Part shown: one piece after another, positions 61,983 through 64,000 of the stretch | Numbering within the stretch: position 1 is the first letter of the stretch | Layout of the letters: each line of letters begins with the position of its first letter | Assembly (NCBI GenBank): GCA_020891255.1 | Contig: BQFW01000002.1 | Location: forward strand, 62,001 to 126,000 | Origin: Entomortierella parvispora E1425 | Lineage: Eukaryota; Fungi; Mortierellomycota | Direction: 5' to 3' | DNA: 64,000 nucleotides | Made by a program: the position numbers and the translations under genes | The notes under the pieces: generated by a model | The model's database searches: none | What the model saw: the letters and a program-made list of their open reading frames with translations, nothing else | Told to the model about the DNA's origin: nothing

Positions 61983-64000
61983 ATGGACGAGGCTGTCGCG
62001 GAATATATCCGGAGCGCGTCCAAAAAGACGAGTTTTGGAGCCATAGACTTTTTTTCGTCCTACGGCGTCCGTTCCAAGGACCGGGGGTCTGTTTCAGCGG
62101 CTTGGGTGCGTGGGATGAACGGCACAAAGAACATAGCACTAAGGAAAAGAATTAAAGCTGAATGGGAATCATCCTCCAGGAAACGTAAAACATTTTGGCA
62201 AGAGCTGGAGCAAAAGGAGAGGGACGATGTAAGGCCATTTGTTGAAAGAGGGCTGGATGGGCCATTTTGTTCATGCGCTACTGTTGCTGTTGGCTGACAG
62301 CTGTTGCACTCTTTGATATAGGCGTATTGCCGAAAATTGGAGGTGTTTGTTGTGGAAGACAAACTGAAAGTCGGGCTTCATCACTCAGAACGCATCGCAA
62401 AGGGTAAATACCGGCGGACTGCAGATAACGAAAACTTGATGGCGGCTAGAGATATTCATGTGGTGGCCTGGTCATTTCTCAACAATAGTTTTAAGCAGCG
62501 AGACCCAGTCATCGGCCGACTCGACATCTCTGGATGACTCTACATCTCTGGATGACTCTACAACCATTGCTGCTGCCACTCAAATACCTTCAAACAGCCC
62601 GTCGTCTTCGCCTGCAACAAACCCATTGACGCCCAGCACTGGCTCTTCATCGTCCAGCAGTCTGTCAACACCAAAGATATCGGCCAAAAAGTCCACCCCT
62701 CTGGAAGAACCTTGGCAGGCTCTGCAGAGCTTTGCACGACAAGTGGTAAAGAGCAGGTCCATTTTTTGCCCTGTGCATGCGTATATATGGAACCATACTT
62801 ACCAGCACTATTTTGTAGGCTTTAAAGAGACCAGTGACCATAATGGAGGTCCAGCCTGGAACCATGACCCCTACTAGACTGGGGCTGTTCAATCATGCAT
62901 ACGATTCCCTGGTGCTTTTCAATGAGGACGGAGACGATTCTATCCTCCTCAAGGATGCTTTGTAAGTCTATTTTAAAACCGACACTTGGAATGACCGACT
63001 TTTGGCTGCTATTCATATCAGACTAACTTTTTGTTGTCCAATATGTAGTGTTGCTCTGTCTTGTACGCTGAACCTGTCTGGGCCTGATGTCTCATCTTAC
63101 TTTCCAAAAGAGACCCTCACAGCTGCCGAAGATGCTATACCGTACCTTAAAGACACCGGCGATGTTGTGAAGATGATGGCGCCCACTCTAAAGATTTTTA
63201 TTGCATCGGGATTGAATGTGGATACACTGTTGAAAGAATCCATCCGATCTAAAGGCGAAATTGTAAAGCGACGAAATACCCTCTCTGGAAAGTTGAATGA
63301 TATTATCGAATATCTGTAAGTATCCCCTCTCTGTTTAGCGGTCTGGAGAGACGGCAATGGTATTCACAACCGCCTTCCTTTCAATAGATGTGAGTTGATC
63401 TTGTCACCAGAAATGCAATCGGGAGAGGCGTTTTCGGAAGCAGAGGTAGTCGAGACATGGAAGGGTCTCTTCAAGATTCTTCTAAGGAACACAAAGATAT
63501 ACTCCAAAAGGTAGGCCAAGGCTCTCAAGCTCTTCGATTTTTTTCAAGTTTCTATTGGAATTGACATTTGATTTTCTTTTCATATAGCGGCGAAACTGTC
63601 ATCATTACCTCCAAGGACGTTCAGGTCATCTTGAACAGAGAATTTGGGGACTATAGCCCCTATGGTCGCAAAGCCGATATGTTGTTTAAATCACGGACAG
63701 AGATGTGTAATTTCGAGTTCAAGGCCGAGGGCACGTCGCCGACAGACATGATGACTCAAAACAGAAAGAACATTCGCTTGAACCGTTGTATCCTGGAGAA
63801 CTTGCGCAAAATCGGCGTGTCGAGTCCAAGGATCTTGTTTGCAGATGTCAAAGGTAAGTCTGACATCCAGTCAGTCTTGTTTGTTTGACAGCTCTATGCT
63901 CTTTGCTTGGTGTTGACCGTCACTATTATGTTCTGTGTGAGAATAGGATTCTCTGGTTGTGTGTTTTCACTGCAGGCATTCGAAGATATTTACACCAGCA
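61983..64000 (+). CDS. Multi-exon hypothetical protein with a C-terminal PD-(D/E)XK restriction-endonuclease-like motif (Crinkler/CR-REase-like); runs off the window
   Basis: Eight exons join in phase with GT-AG sites (approx. 61983-62228, 62321-62403, 62489-62745, 62819-62961, 63049-63316, 63388-63510, 63588-63853, 63947-end). They give FSEAEVVETWKGLF..SGET..SK..E..GRKADMLF..MCNFEFK..QNRKNIRLNRCIL. Confidence 0.6.

Overview
Intron-rich eukaryotic DNA from a fungus, most likely an early-diverging Mortierellaceae-like lineage. This is inferred from the short GT-AG introns with CTRAY branch points and from the CotH, CABLES, ABCA and Sel1 gene content. I can model about 21 protein-coding genes. 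Most are housekeeping: MSH3, a Puf1/Jsn1-type RNA-binding protein, carnitine acyltransferase, NMNAT, an Hrp1-like protein, a SET protein, COP1, CABLES-like, NFS1, NOP2, RPS29 and DOLPP1-like. Many are arranged as divergent pairs separated by microsatellite-rich spacers. The more unusual parts are: (i) an accessory island at ~19.7-23.7 kb with a Sel1-repeat gene, whose 12 near-identical 108-bp units vary almost only at a few fixed codons and which ends at a TGA exactly where the repeat has TGG; (ii) a secreted actinobacterial-type lipase-fold gene whose nucleophile elbow reads GHDEG instead of GHSxG and which needs a GC-AG intron; (iii) an intact multi-exon PD-(D/E)XK-like gene at the right edge, preceded by a decayed ~293-bp tandem duplication; (iv) a membrane protein with three different tandem peptide repeats in its tail. 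No rRNA, tRNA, CRISPR array or intact transposon was recognised. Exon boundaries were read by eye and family names come from remembered motifs, not from searches.
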